From an uncultured Porphyromonadaceae bacterium (GTDB lineage Bacteria > Bacteroidota > Bacteroidia > Bacteroidales > Barnesiellaceae_A), in contig UPZG01000003.1 of NCBI GenBank assembly GCA_900538705.1, positions 12,516-76,515 on the forward strand: a stretch of 64,000 nt of DNA, given 5' to 3'. Below are positions 1 through 9,509 of the stretch, piece after piece; the stretch's first letter is position 1; each line of letters starts with the position of its first letter. The notes under the pieces were generated by a model that had not been told where the DNA came from, did not search any database, and worked only from the letters and a program-made list of their open reading frames with translations. Both the position numbers and the translations under genes were made by a program.

Positions 1-123
1 ATAGGGGAATGCCCCGTAGAAGCAATCTCGGAAGGCGACATCTATAAAATCGATCCCGATAAATGCTTAGATTGCGGAACTTGCGCAAGCGTATGCCCCA
101 ATGATGCTATTCACGAGGGTTAA
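1..123 (+). CDS. 4Fe-4S ferredoxin-type protein, C-terminal fragment (5' end outside window)
   Basis: Frame +1 reads IGECPVEAISEGDIYKIDPDKCLDCGTCASVCPNDAIHEG-stop. It carries a CxxCxxCxxxCP cluster motif. Not in the ORF track because it is edge-truncated. Confidence 0.7.
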   Translation: MGECPVEAISEGDIYKIDPDKCLDCGTCASVCPNDAIHEG

Positions 124-146
124 GTCATAGTTCAGAATTTCATTGG

Positions 147-183
147 GCTGCCGTATCATCTTTTTCGATGCGGCAGCTTTTTT
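147..183 (+). terminator. Rho-independent terminator after the ferredoxin gene
   Basis: Stem GCTGCCG (147-153) pairs with CGGCAGC (171-177) and is followed by a TTTTTT run. Confidence 0.6.
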
Positions 184-245
184 ATATGTTAAGGAAGGAA
201 TTTTGCGATTAATTTCATAGATTTGCACAGGATAATATTGCTCTT

Positions 246-1265
246 ATGAAAAAACTTGTCAGGTTATTTTTTATTTGTTGCATGTTATGGGTTTGTTACA
301 GTTGTACCAGTGTTATCCCGTTGCAACTTGACATTGTGCGCCCAGCCCGAGTTTCTTACTCGATGCATTATCCGCCTCTTGCGGTATTATGTAACTCTCA
401 TGAGCCCAACGTAAGCGAATACAGTCGTTATATCGATGCTAACGGCAATCAGTATCGTATGGACTTTGCCGGTGATAGCATTCCTGGTTTTTTCACTATG
501 TCGTTGGCCTCGAGGTTGTATGAAAGTGCATACTTCGATTCTATATGGACGTTATTTCCCGATAGTACTGCAATAACAGGTCTGGCCGGACTTCCTATTT
601 CTGAGGTGATGGCCTGGCGAGATGAAAATCCTAATACGGTATTACTATCTATTGACGATATAAGGCCAGCAGCGCAATTTACTGTAGAACCTTATGAAGG
701 CGTTTTTGGTGTTGGTTTGGAGATAGCCTCATCAGCTACGATGCGTTGTTATATTCCCGGAACATCGCCAGTAACTGAAACAGTAGTCGATACGGCTGTA
801 TGGTATGCGTATGGTATGACGCCCGAAGAGGCACGAGTACAGATTCCTGCCTTTGAGGTATGTCTCGAAGAAGCTCTTTCTTCTCTTTCGTTGCATGCTG
901 CCGAACGCTTTGTTCCACATATCCAACAAGTAGAGCGGTATATTTTTGTTACATCGCATCCTGCTATGAGCGATGCGTATAAATATTGGAAGAATACGCA
1001 GTATACCGAGGCTTCGTATTTGTGGGAATATGTATATGAAAAGGCTAAGAGCGTGGGGCGCCGTGCTCGCGCGGCTGCCGACTTGGCATTATATTATGAG
1101 TTGCAAGACGATTATGCTACAGCTCTTACCTATGCTCGTGCTGCGTATAGTCTTTTTGTAGAAAACCAGGATACCGCTGAAGCTGAGTATGCCCACTATT
1201 ATGCTGCCGACCTGGAAACACGGCTTGCCGATGCTCTGTTGTTAGATACCCAATGGGGTGAATAA
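246..1265 (+). CDS. Hypothetical lipoprotein with TPR-like helical C-terminus
   Basis: Signal peptide plus lipobox (MKKLVRLFFICCMLWVCYSC). The C-terminal third is A/Y/L-rich and helical-repeat-like. No family recognised with certainty. Confidence 0.7.
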   Translation: MKKLVRLFFICCMLWVCYSCTSVIPLQLDIVRPARVSYSMHYPPLAVLCNSHEPNVSEYSRYIDANGNQYRMDFAGDSIPGFFTMSLASRLYESAYFDSIWTLFPDSTAITGLAGLPISEVMAWRDENPNTVLLSIDDIRPAAQFTVEPYEGVFGVGLEIASSATMRCYIPGTSPVTETVVDTAVWYAYGMTPEEARVQIPAFEVCLEEALSSLSLHAAERFVPHIQQVERYIFVTSHPAMSDAYKYWKNTQYTEASYLWEYVYEKAKSVGRRARAAADLALYYELQDDYATALTYARAAYSLFVENQDTAEAEYAHYYAADLETRLADALLLDTQWGE

Positions 1266-1270
1266 TAAAA

Positions 1271-1304
1271 ATACCGCCTGTAATTTCACAATCGCAGGCG
1301 GTAT
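1271..1304. terminator. Hairpin terminator between convergent genes (T-tract on the minus strand)
   Basis: 10-bp stem ATACCGCCTG (1271-1280) / CAGGCGGTAT (1295-1304). The A-run on the + side gives TTTTATTATT after the hairpin on the minus strand. Confidence 0.55.
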
Positions 1305-1344
1305 GAGAATTGCTAAGAATTTATTTTCTTGTCGAACGTTTCGG

Positions 1345-1962
1345 TTAGCGTGATTTATATGTATAGTTGTAGTTGTTCATATATTTTTCAAATAGCTCTG
1401 CGAATTCCTTGGAGGCTTTCTCTATTTTTTTGTTCAGATTTCTGAGTTCATTCTTGTTCATTAGTAAATTCCCCAAGCTGTCCGATGTTATTATATTGCG
1501 ACCGTTAAAGTCGTAATAACTGTAGTTGTTGTATTGTGGAAAACTGATATAGGAGCTGTCGTCATCTTTTTTCCTAATAATGTTGAGGTTGGTATATCCA
1601 CCAGCATTTGACAAGTAGTATGAAGTAATTATTTTCCCTTTATGAAAGACGAGTACGTAAGAAAAGTTATTTTTGCTTCGGTTGATAGCCGATTTGGTTG
1701 CATCGTTCTCGTCTTTCTCAAAAGCATCAATTAGTTCTTGTGAGAGTTTGTCGTCTTTAAATGAGTACGACTCTATATGACGCACCAAATCGCCGGTCTT
1801 GGGGTCGCGTTTCTTGACAACACTTTTTTCAACATTATTTTTCTTCTCTATTTGTGCCACTATTTTGTCAATATGGCTCTGTGCCGATGTTTGCACGGTG
1901 TGGCAGCTGCATAAAGAGAGTAGCAGAATTGTTGCCAGCAGTTTGATACACGAAGTTTTCAT
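1345..1962 (-). CDS. Hypothetical lipoprotein, third gene of the ECF sigma operon
   Basis: Lipobox LLLSLCSC. The sequence is N/K/Y-rich and the gene is visibly more AT-rich than its neighbours. Only a 4-nt gap separates it from the upstream gene. Confidence 0.65.
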   Translation of the reverse strand: MKTSCIKLLATILLLSLCSCHTVQTSAQSHIDKIVAQIEKKNNVEKSVVKKRDPKTGDLVRHIESYSFKDDKLSQELIDAFEKDENDATKSAINRSKNNFSYVLVFHKGKIITSYYLSNAGGYTNLNIIRKKDDDSSYISFPQYNNYSYYDFNGRNIITSDSLGNLLMNKNELRNLNKKIEKASKEFAELFEKYMNNYNYTYKSR

Positions 1963-1966
1963 AATA

Positions 1967-2491
1967 TTACTTTTTTATGGTTTGTTCTATGTTGTCGCTT
2001 TCGGCAAGTATCCGTGCCGCTTCGGAGTGAAAAGCTGCATAGCGTGAGTCATTATTGATATCGAAACTCATAGCTATATGCTTGCATTGTGATTCTATCT
2101 TGTGTATTTGAGGTAGTATAATATGTAAGTCTTCGATTCTACGCCCGTTTATTTCTACATAGCTGCCTTCATATATTTGGTATTCGTGTTGCAAGGCTGA
2201 GTAGTTGTTTACTAAAGCGAAAGACAAAGAGGCTACTATGATGGCAATAGTAGCTGCTGCACTCCAAAAAATAATCTTCTCACGCCGTTTCTGTTTTATG
2301 GCAAGTGCAGTGGTTGGGTCGTATGGCATCTTGTCGGCATACCAAGCAAACATGGTCTTATAGCGGCGCAGATGTCGTGGTATTCGTTCGGTGGCAAAAT
2401 AGTGGTATATTGCCTCTTCTTCTTGGCGGTTGGTTTTGCCGTCAAAGAAACGTTCTACATATTGGTCTATGTTATTGCGGTCGATAATCAT
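1967..2491 (-). CDS. Putative single-pass membrane anti-sigma factor
   Basis: Lies 7 nt downstream of the ECF sigma gene. The N-terminal motif VERFFDGKTNRQEEEAIYHYF parallels LDRYYRAETTADEEQRLLDYF in the 60020 protein. One central TM segment (IIFWSAAATIAIIVASLSFALV). Confidence 0.6.
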   Translation of the reverse strand: MIIDRNNIDQYVERFFDGKTNRQEEEAIYHYFATERIPRHLRRYKTMFAWYADKMPYDPTTALAIKQKRREKIIFWSAAATIAIIVASLSFALVNNYSALQHEYQIYEGSYVEINGRRIEDLHIILPQIHKIESQCKHIAMSFDINNDSRYAAFHSEAARILAESDNIEQTIKK

Positions 2492-2498
2492 GACGGTA

Positions 2499-2993
2499 TT
2501 ATTTTGAAAATAGTTTTTTAATTTTTCTTCGTGCTCGAGACAGGTTCATGCGTATGCTTTCGGGCGAACTGCCAGTTATGCGAGCAATTTCATCAACTTC
2601 GAGACCATCTATATGTTTCATTTGCAAAATAGCCTTTTGGGTATCTGGTAATGAGGCTATTAATGACAAGAGTCGTTCGTTTTCCTCTCGAAGTAGAAGG
2701 GCCTCTTCGGGAGTTTGGCCGGCTGCCATGAAATGAGCCTCTTCGAGCGCAACATCGTTGTTTCTTTTTGCCTTTGTCATGTTGTAGCACAAGTGCCGTG
2801 TAATGATGAAGGCCAAGGCTTGTACAGATTGATATTGGTCGAGATGGCTGCGCAAGATCCAAAGCTTCAGTAAGGTCTCTTGTACGACATCTTCGCTCGA
2901 AATATCATTGGCCAATATGTGTCGGGCAAGCGACAGCAGTTGCGGTCGTAATGGCAGTACTTCTATTTCAAATTGCTCTCTTTCCATTGTCAT
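2499..2993 (-). CDS. ECF-type RNA polymerase sigma-70 family factor
   Basis: Region 2 (DVVQETLLKLW) and a region 4 HTH (LEVDEIARITGSSPESIRMNLSRARRKIKKLF). Confidence 0.9.
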   Translation of the reverse strand: MTMEREQFEIEVLPLRPQLLSLARHILANDISSEDVVQETLLKLWILRSHLDQYQSVQALAFIITRHLCYNMTKAKRNNDVALEEAHFMAAGQTPEEALLLREENERLLSLIASLPDTQKAILQMKHIDGLEVDEIARITGSSPESIRMNLSRARRKIKKLFSK

Positions 2994-3007
2994 TGGTAAG
3001 ACAACTC

Positions 3008-3033
3008 AGACGGTCAAACATAACCTCTGATAC
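3008..3033 (-). promoter_or_regulatory. Candidate ECF-type promoter (GTATC-N16-CGTCT on the minus strand)
   Basis: The sense strand reads GGTATCagaggttatgtttgacCGTCT, ending 14 nt before the ATG at 2993. Spacing and -10 match the motif at 59002-59027. Confidence 0.3.
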
Positions 3034-3132
3034 CGCGATATATATATTAAAAAATATTAAATAGAGAGTGCCGTATGTCGGTCAACGGTGCGGTATGGAT
3101 ATTGGAGCAGAATAGTGTAGTATATGGTAGAG

Positions 3133-3894
3133 CTATTCTTTATTGCTATGTTTACCACTTCTTTTACTTCTATTGAAGCTGCGATAGTCGTCGTATTCTA
3201 TCTCGATGTCGGGCTCGATAAGCTCGTCATTGCAAGGATTGGAGAAACAGATGTATTTGATACTTTTACCTCGTTCGAGCCATTGTTGCTCGTAGAAGGT
3301 CTTGATGTTGAGGATGTCATTGTCTATTTCCGAGTTGTATAGGTCATCGGTGTCGAATAGAATATTGCAGTGGTTTATTTCGGCAACAGCCTTTGTGTAG
3401 GTGTACATAAAAGGACTGTCGGTTTTAAGATGTATTTTCCCGTTCTCTTTAAGGAAGGTGCGGTATAGAGCCAGCATTCGTGTCGAAGTAAGACGCTTGC
3501 GGGTTTTCTTCATTTGTGGGTCGGGAAAGGTAATCCATATTTCCGAGACCTCATCGTGGCCGAAAAAGTTGTCTATCAGTTCTATGTGTGTGCGAAGGAA
3601 TGCTACGTTTGTGAGCTGCCGTTCTATGGCTGCCGTGGCTCCAGACCAGATGCGGGCTCCTTTTATATCGATTCCTATAAAATTTTTGTCGGGGTATTGT
3701 TGTGCTAAACCTACGGTATATTCTCCTTTGCCGCATCCCAATTCCAGTACAATTGGGTTGTCGTTCTCAAAGAATTGCTTGTGCCAACAGCCTTTCATGC
3801 CGAATCCTTCTTCTTTTAATACTGAGAAGGGGTATTGGAATACGTGCCGATAAGTAGTGAGGTCGGCAAATTTTTGCAATTTGTTTTTAGGCAT
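3133..3894 (-). CDS. trmB: tRNA (guanine-N7)-methyltransferase
   Basis: Motifs [15 protein letters not shown] and FPDPQMKK. Start moved to MPKNKLQKF (ATG at 3894) so it no longer overlaps the upstream gene's stop. Confidence 0.9.
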   Translation of the reverse strand: MPKNKLQKFADLTTYRHVFQYPFSVLKEEGFGMKGCWHKQFFENDNPIVLELGCGKGEYTVGLAQQYPDKNFIGIDIKGARIWSGATAAIERQLTNVAFLRTHIELIDNFFGHDEVSEIWITFPDPQMKKTRKRLTSTRMLALYRTFLKENGKIHLKTDSPFMYTYTKAVAEINHCNILFDTDDLYNSEIDNDILNIKTFYEQQWLERGKSIKYICFSNPCNDELIEPDIEIEYDDYRSFNRSKRSGKHSNKE

Positions 3895-3904
3895 AAGGAG
3901 CAGA

Positions 3905-5425
3905 TTATCTGATGATACGTGCAATTTTTATGGCCGCTTGTCGCTTGTCGGCGGTAGTTACATACAAGATATATATGTTACCCGGAAAACTGCGGGTATT
4001 GATGGCTACAGTGGTATCGTGCGGCGTTAACTGTTTAAGCAGAAGTCCGGCAGTGTCGTAGAGCCGTATCTCGTCAATGGTTTTTGTCGCTGAGACGTGT
4101 AGCGTGTATTGCACGAATGAAGTCTTGATGTTCTCTTCGGGAGCTGTGATATTCTCTTCGGCCGAAGGCTTGTTGATAACTCCAAAGTCTTGCCATTGCG
4201 GAGTGCTACTATATATAGTAACACTCTCTTCTTTGACAAAAAGAGTCTTGTCCTCTACCTCCATATTGGCAAAAACCAATTCTCCCAGTTCGGCGGGCAT
4301 GTCGCGCAATGTCAGGAACGAATCGGCGTTAGAGCATCCGTCGAAAGCGTGGTCACCTATATAGGCAACGGTTGTGGGGATGACAACACTGTCGACTGCT
4401 GTATTGTGATAGAAACTATATCGGCCTATATCTTTCAAGCCTTCTTCCATAAAGGTAATAGAAGCCAATGAACTGCAGCCTGCAAACGCAAAATCGGCAA
4501 GGGTAGAAATACCTGCTGGCAGACTCGCAGTAGGTAGAGCTTCGCAATAATAGAAAGCTCCGTTGCCAATGCTTGACAGCGAGGATGGAAGTGTGACAGA
4601 AGTGAGACTCTTACAACCTGAGAAGGTCCAGGCCGGTAATGCCTGTAATCCTGTTTGTGATAGGTCAATTTGCTGCAAGGCCGTACTTTGGGCAAATACG
4701 GCTTCGCCCCATTGGTGATTACCCGGTTGCAAGTTTACCTGTTGCAATTTTGTGCAGCCGGCAAAAGCCCCATCGCCTATAAATGTTACAGAGGCAGGCA
4801 GGTTTATGGTAGTGATGTCGGTATCGAGGCTGAAAGCTCGGGTACCTATATGTGTCAGACGGGTGCAGTTGGTAAGGTCGATGTTCTTGATAGAACTGCA
4901 TTTGTCGTAGGCATATTCACCGATGGTTCTAAGGCTTGTCGGAAATTCGGGCGAAGGTAAGTTGCTGCAATTATTGAAGGCATAGTCGCCAATGGTCTCG
5001 ATAGAGGCTGGTAGTGTGAGGTCGCTGAGATTTGTGCAGCCGGCAAAAGCTCCATCGCCTATGGCAGTGATGTTCCCGGGCAGAATTACGCTTTCGAGCG
5101 ATGTAAAACCGAAAAAAGCTGCAGGGGGGATTTGATTAGCATCGAAGTGTGAACGGTAACCGAAGTATTGTTCCTCACGGCTGTCGTAGCTTGTTATTTC
5201 GCATTGTGATAGGTCTATCGATACGAGATCTCCAATTTGTTCGTTGATGTAGGCAAAGTCTCTTACGTCGATGCTACCATGGATGGTGAGTGCTGTGTAG
5301 TTATTATTTCCGCCGAGGGCATTCTCTAACCCTCCACTTGTTATATTTACACTGATGCTTTGAGCCATCGAATAAGGACTACTTAAAGACAGGATTGCAG
5401 CAATGATGACGAATAGTTTTTTCAT
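3905..5425 (-). CDS. BspA-type leucine-rich-repeat surface protein with T9SS C-terminal sorting domain
   Basis: Signal peptide. Roughly 23-aa repeats of the type [36 protein letters not shown]-terminal about 80 aa end in [11 protein letters not shown]...[10 protein letters not shown]. Confidence 0.85.
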   Translation of the reverse strand: MKKLFVIIAAILSLSSPYSMAQSISVNITSGGLENALGGNNNYTALTIHGSIDVRDFAYINEQIGDLVSIDLSQCEITSYDSREEQYFGYRSHFDANQIPPAAFFGFTSLESVILPGNITAIGDGAFAGCTNLSDLTLPASIETIGDYAFNNCSNLPSPEFPTSLRTIGEYAYDKCSSIKNIDLTNCTRLTHIGTRAFSLDTDITTINLPASVTFIGDGAFAGCTKLQQVNLQPGNHQWGEAVFAQSTALQQIDLSQTGLQALPAWTFSGCKSLTSVTLPSSLSSIGNGAFYYCEALPTASLPAGISTLADFAFAGCSSLASITFMEEGLKDIGRYSFYHNTAVDSVVIPTTVAYIGDHAFDGCSNADSFLTLRDMPAELGELVFANMEVEDKTLFVKEESVTIYSSTPQWQDFGVINKPSAEENITAPEENIKTSFVQYTLHVSATKTIDEIRLYDTAGLLLKQLTPHDTTVAINTRSFPGNIYILYVTTADKRQAAIKIARIIR

Positions 5426-5519
5426 GAAGTGTAATGTTGAGGTTTCCCTTTTTTGAGCGTGTAAAGATAGTAAAAATAGCCGGTTTATCGTATCGGTATG
5501 AAAATCTTGTATGAACGTG

Positions 5520-6221
5520 TCAAATGCGTCGGTCGATGCGAATAATATTTTCCACCAGGAAGAGGTCGCGTATGTCGCTTTTTGCGACTTCTATGTCGTC
5601 GTATTGTGGGTTCTCGCTGCGCAGTATTACTTGCGACGGGTCGGGATGGCGGCGTATATACTTCACCATGCGATAGTCGTCGAGTACTATCACATAGATA
5701 TGTCCCCAAAAGATGAGATTTTTGTTGCGTATTTCGCGTATGGCTATCAGGTCGCCATTGCCTATTACAGGGCTCATACTGTCGCCACTGACTCTAACGA
5801 TACAACAATCGGGGTGTACCGTGGGAATATTGATGGAGCCTATAATGTGTTCGTTGGCAAACATGCGCTCACGTGCTATATCGCCGGCAGTAACGTCAAT
5901 GTCGTATATCTTGGCACCTGCTGTTGTGTTGGGATGTATGGCGTCGACGGTAATGGTAGAAATGCCATTTTCAGTATTCCCGGTTGTATTCCACATTTCA
6001 CCTTCACCTGTGAGAAGCCATTTTTTGGAAGCACCTACGGCTACCACTATTTTGTTGAGTAGGTTGTCGCTTATAGGCAGTTTGCCTTTGAGATGCTTCG
6101 AGAAATTTGAAGCATCTATGCCTATGCGCTCGGCAAATGCGGTTTGACTGAGGCCGAGATTGTTCATCAGCCATTTTATGCGGGCTATTTCTTGTTGGTC
6201 GTTGAGATTCGTGATTTCCAT
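5520..6221 (-). CDS. XRE-family HTH / S24 (LexA-CI type) peptidase repressor
   Basis: N-terminal HTH (LGLSQTAFAERIGIDASNFSKHLKGK). C-terminal S24 motifs (VSGDSMSPVIGNGD, and a candidate catalytic Lys in RMVKYIRR). Confidence 0.85.
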   Translation of the reverse strand: MEITNLNDQQEIARIKWLMNNLGLSQTAFAERIGIDASNFSKHLKGKLPISDNLLNKIVVAVGASKKWLLTGEGEMWNTTGNTENGISTITVDAIHPNTTAGAKIYDIDVTAGDIARERMFANEHIIGSINIPTVHPDCCIVRVSGDSMSPVIGNGDLIAIREIRNKNLIFWGHIYVIVLDDYRMVKYIRRHPDPSQVILRSENPQYDDIEVAKSDIRDLFLVENIIRIDRRI

Positions 6222-6230
6222 AATGAAAAA

Positions 6231-6272
6231 GGTTAAAATACCAAATCTTTTTGCAAAGATAGGTATTTAACC
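6231..6272. promoter_or_regulatory. 42-bp concentric palindrome (candidate operator) overlapping the -7 box of the XRE/S24 gene
   Basis: GGTTAAAATACC-AA-ATCTTT-TTGC-AAAGAT-A-GGTATTTAACC. The minus strand reads TAtcTTTG at 6254-6261, 33 nt upstream of the ATG. Confidence 0.5.
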
Positions 6273-6369
6273 TATATGAAATGCACGTTTGGTGCAATTT
6301 AAGAATTAATAACGGAGGCTGTCTATCTCTGATAGATGCAATATCCGTTAAGTGAGGCGTCTTCTGATA

Positions 6370-6561
6370 TTACAGAGCGTGGGAGCCGTCGCAGAACGGG
6401 TTGTTTTTGCTCTTGCCACAACGGCATATAAAGGTACGTCGTTTCGTCAAGGTATGTCCGTCGGGCATGACAATGCGTATTCGGCCACTGATGCGTAGAG
6501 GCCCGCAGGTGATTATTTTAGCTTCTACCTCGGGAAGAATGGGAATAATGCTTTTGTTCAT
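6370..6561 (-). CDS. CDGSH iron-sulfur domain protein
   Basis: Motif CRCGKSKNNPFCDGSH. Start taken at MNKSIIPIL (ATG at 6561). Confidence 0.8.
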   Translation of the reverse strand: MNKSIIPILPEVEAKIITCGPLRISGRIRIVMPDGHTLTKRRTFICRCGKSKNNPFCDGSHAL

Positions 6562-6672
6562 AGCAAAGATGATTTTAATGTTTCTCTTAAAAAACACGGT
6601 ATGGCAAATTTTTGTTTTGCAGTCAATCCGAAACTTTATCTATAGTAGCTTTTTACATTGGAAAAAAAATAA

Positions 6673-6680
6673 TACCTTTG
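6673..6680 (+). promoter_or_regulatory. Bacteroides-type -7 box (TAccTTTG) upstream of gldE
   Basis: Exact TAnnTTTG match about 105 nt upstream of the gldE start. Confidence 0.4.
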
Positions 6681-6785
6681 CAGCGGTCGCGAAAGTACTG
6701 TCAGAAAGAGATTTTCGAGGAGTATGTAGCGAAACCGCCTGAGGCAGCCTAGCCATAGGCTATTGTGTAACTAATTTATACCTTT

Positions 6786-8114
6786 TTGGACCCGGATTCA
6801 TATTTATTATCGCAGATTTTTTGTGCGTTAAGTATCGATGCTCCTTCGGTGGGCGTTGTTGTCGCCATTGTTTTGGCGTTATTCCTTTTGTTTGTCATAG
6901 GATTTGTTTCGGCATCAGAGATGTCGTTGTTTTCTTTGGCGTCGTCAGACCTGCAGTCGCTCGACGATAAGTCGCCAAAAGATAGACTTATCAAGGTTCT
7001 ACTCGAGAACCCCGACCGCCTGTTGGCTACTATTCATGTTGCTAATGGATTGTCGAGTATAGCAGTTGTCGTATTGATGAGTTTCCCGCTGATAGAGTTT
7101 TCTTGTTCGCATGAAGTGGCTGTGTGGGGCATTATCGGAGCAGTAATTCTTTTATCGGTGATATTGCTGGTATGTGGAGAAGTGTTACCCAAATATTGGG
7201 CATATAAAGATGTCTTGCGCTGGGCTCGTTTTTCGAGTCTGATGCTCTATGCGCTATTGCGTATTTTTGCATGGCTTACGCAGTTTATGGTAGCTTCTCC
7301 CGGCAAATTCAATAAACAGTTTACTCGTCGTAATGCCAATCTGTCGGTCGATGAGCTTTCGCAAGCCTTGGAGTTGACTCGTGTCGAGGCTCACGATGAA
7401 AAAGAGATGCTTGAAGGTATTATACGCTTTGGCGACAAGACCGTGTCGGAGATTATGACGGCGCGTATTGATATTACCGATGTTGAGATACACGTCTCTT
7501 TCAAGGAATTGCTCGATGTGGTAATAGAAAGTGGCTATTCACGCTTGCCGGTTTACGATACGAGCGAAGACAACATGAAGGGTATCATATATAGCAAGGA
7601 TTTATTGCCGTATCGCAACGAATCAGCCGACTTCGAGTGGCAGAAGCTGATGCGTAGAGCATATTTTGTACCGGAGGCAAAGATGATAGACGACTTGTTG
7701 GAAGAGTTTAGGACCAAGAAGATACACATGGCTATCGTTGTAGATGAATTTGGAGGTACCTCGGGAATTGTCACTATGGAAGATATCCTCGAAGAAATTG
7801 TGGGTGATATCAACGATGAGTATGACGACGATAAGAAGCAGTATGTGAAATTGCCTGACGGTTCGTATATTTTCGATGCTAAAATCCTGCTTAACGATTT
7901 CTATAAGGTGACGGGTCTCGATGAGAAAATTTTTGCCGATAAGATAGGCGATTCAGAGACTTTGGCCGGTCTTATTCTTGGTATTAAAGAAGATTTTCCC
8001 CGTGAGAAAGAACATATACGGTATGCATGTTGCGATTTCTTGGTACTTGAAGTTGACAAGCGCCGTATTGTTAAGGTAAAACTTACGATTGTCCCCGAGA
8101 CTTCCCAAAAATAG
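6786..8114 (+). CDS. gldE: Gliding-motility/T9SS-associated protein GldE (DUF21-CBS-CorC/HlyC family)
   Basis: N-terminal TM DUF21 region, a CBS pair, and a CorC_HlyC C-terminus. Followed directly by gldD. The start codon at 6786 is TTG (translated LDPDSY) and no in-frame ATG is nearby. Confidence 0.85.
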   Translation: MDPDSYLLSQIFCALSIDAPSVGVVVAIVLALFLLFVIGFVSASEMSLFSLASSDLQSLDDKSPKDRLIKVLLENPDRLLATIHVANGLSSIAVVVLMSFPLIEFSCSHEVAVWGIIGAVILLSVILLVCGEVLPKYWAYKDVLRWARFSSLMLYALLRIFAWLTQFMVASPGKFNKQFTRRNANLSVDELSQALELTRVEAHDEKEMLEGIIRFGDKTVSEIMTARIDITDVEIHVSFKELLDVVIESGYSRLPVYDTSEDNMKGIIYSKDLLPYRNESADFEWQKLMRRAYFVPEAKMIDDLLEEFRTKKIHMAIVVDEFGGTSGIVTMEDILEEIVGDINDEYDDDKKQYVKLPDGSYIFDAKILLNDFYKVTGLDEKIFADKIGDSETLAGLILGIKEDFPREKEHIRYACCDFLVLEVDKRRIVKVKLTIVPETSQK

Positions 8115-8123
8115 GTCATAGCA

Positions 8124-8747
8124 ATGGCATTGAAGTATCAGAAATACTCCCGGCGGCTTTTTATCGGCGTTTATGTTACCTGTCTGTTGGTCGTTATTGT
8201 TATGCTCTCGGCTTGCCGTCAATCATCGGTACCACGCCCCGATGGCTATTTTAGAATAGATGCTTATCCTGAAGAGTGGCGTACCGATACATTGGGAAGA
8301 ATATTGTTGCAGGTGAATGATTCTTCATATAGTGTTGTGCCGCGAGCTGCAACCGAGGGTTATGTATGGCATAATATTGTATATCCTCGTTATAAGGCTA
8401 CGATATATTTGAGTTATATTCCCATATCAGACAAGAATGAGTTGTCGATGCTGTTGGCCGAGAGTCGCGATTTGGTGTATCGGCAGAGTATGGGAACTCC
8501 GTTTGTTACCGCAGTGGAGTACGAAGATGCAACTCTCCCATTGTATGCTATCCTCTACCGGTTATCGGCCGAAAGTGCCACTCCGCTGCAATTTGTAGCC
8601 ACCGATAGCGCCTGTTTTTTATTGCGTGGAGCATTATATTATGATATGTCGCCGCTCAGGTACGATAGTGTTGCGCCTACTTTGGAATATCTGGAGGGTG
8701 ATATGATTCATATGATAGAGAGTATAACTCCGTTACAAGGCAGATAA
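8124..8747 (+). CDS. gldD: Gliding-motility lipoprotein GldD
   Basis: Lipobox VMLSAC followed by PRPDGYFRIDAYP, typical of the GldD N-terminus. Occupies the conserved position after gldE. Confidence 0.75.
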   Translation: MALKYQKYSRRLFIGVYVTCLLVVIVMLSACRQSSVPRPDGYFRIDAYPEEWRTDTLGRILLQVNDSSYSVVPRAATEGYVWHNIVYPRYKATIYLSYIPISDKNELSMLLAESRDLVYRQSMGTPFVTAVEYEDATLPLYAILYRLSAESATPLQFVATDSACFLLRGALYYDMSPLRYDSVAPTLEYLEGDMIHMIESITPLQGR

Positions 8748-8760
8748 TAAAGAGTCTTTT

Positions 8761-9387
8761 ATGCCCTACCAAGTTACGTTAACACCATTACCGCATACAC
8801 ATGTTGTTTTATGGCATCTGACTGAGGATGTTGCTACTTTGCTTGCATTGTGGGGCAAAACGGAGTTGCCGTCTCGTTACATGGTGGCAGTTACCGATAA
8901 GCGTCGCCGTGAGATTTTGGCAACTCATCTCGTTATGAGGCATTATTATGGTAACGATGTTGCTCTTTTTCATCGAACTGACGGTAGCCCATACACTCAT
9001 CATGGATATATATCGGTATCGCATACAGCTCAGTATGTGGCAGTTGCCTTTTCACCATGCTATCGAGTGGGAGTAGATGTAGAGATGATAGGAGTAAAGG
9101 CACCACGGGCGGCGAAACGGTTCTTGCAGCCGGGTGAGTTGGAGGCTCTCCCTGATGATGCATATGACGAGGCTGCTCATATTTGTTGGGCTGCTAAAGA
9201 AGTGGCATATAAGCTCTTTCCGGCTGATGCTGCCGATTTTTCACAAGCTATTACATTGTCGCCAGTCGTACAAAGACCCAATGGTAGCCTGACGGCTCGT
9301 GTCGGTGTCGAAGTGCCACGTATCATAACGGTATGGTATTCGTTGTGCAATGATTATGTACTGGCTTGTGCAGAAGAACCTGTATAA
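8761..9387 (+). CDS. 4'-phosphopantetheinyl transferase superfamily protein
   Basis: Motifs GVDVEMI and WAAKEVAYKL. Confidence 0.8.
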   Translation: MPYQVTLTPLPHTHVVLWHLTEDVATLLALWGKTELPSRYMVAVTDKRRREILATHLVMRHYYGNDVALFHRTDGSPYTHHGYISVSHTAQYVAVAFSPCYRVGVDVEMIGVKAPRAAKRFLQPGELEALPDDAYDEAAHICWAAKEVAYKLFPADAADFSQAITLSPVVQRPNGSLTARVGVEVPRIITVWYSLCNDYVLACAEEPV

Positions 9388-9477
9388 GACTGATAATAAG
9401 GAGACTAATGCTTTCCTTTGCAGGAAGTTATATGTTACGGCTCAAAGCGTTGCTTCTGTTATTGTCGGAGTAGGGAC

Positions 9478-9509
9478 AAAAAAAATTGATTGTCATCACG
9501 ACAACCAAT
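9478..9509 (-). terminator. Strand-specific rho-independent terminator
   Basis: The minus-strand RNA forms AUUGGUUGU-N7-ACAAUCAAU (9 bp, one G-U) followed by 8 U. On the + strand the same position is an A-C mismatch and no T-tract follows. Confidence 0.6.
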
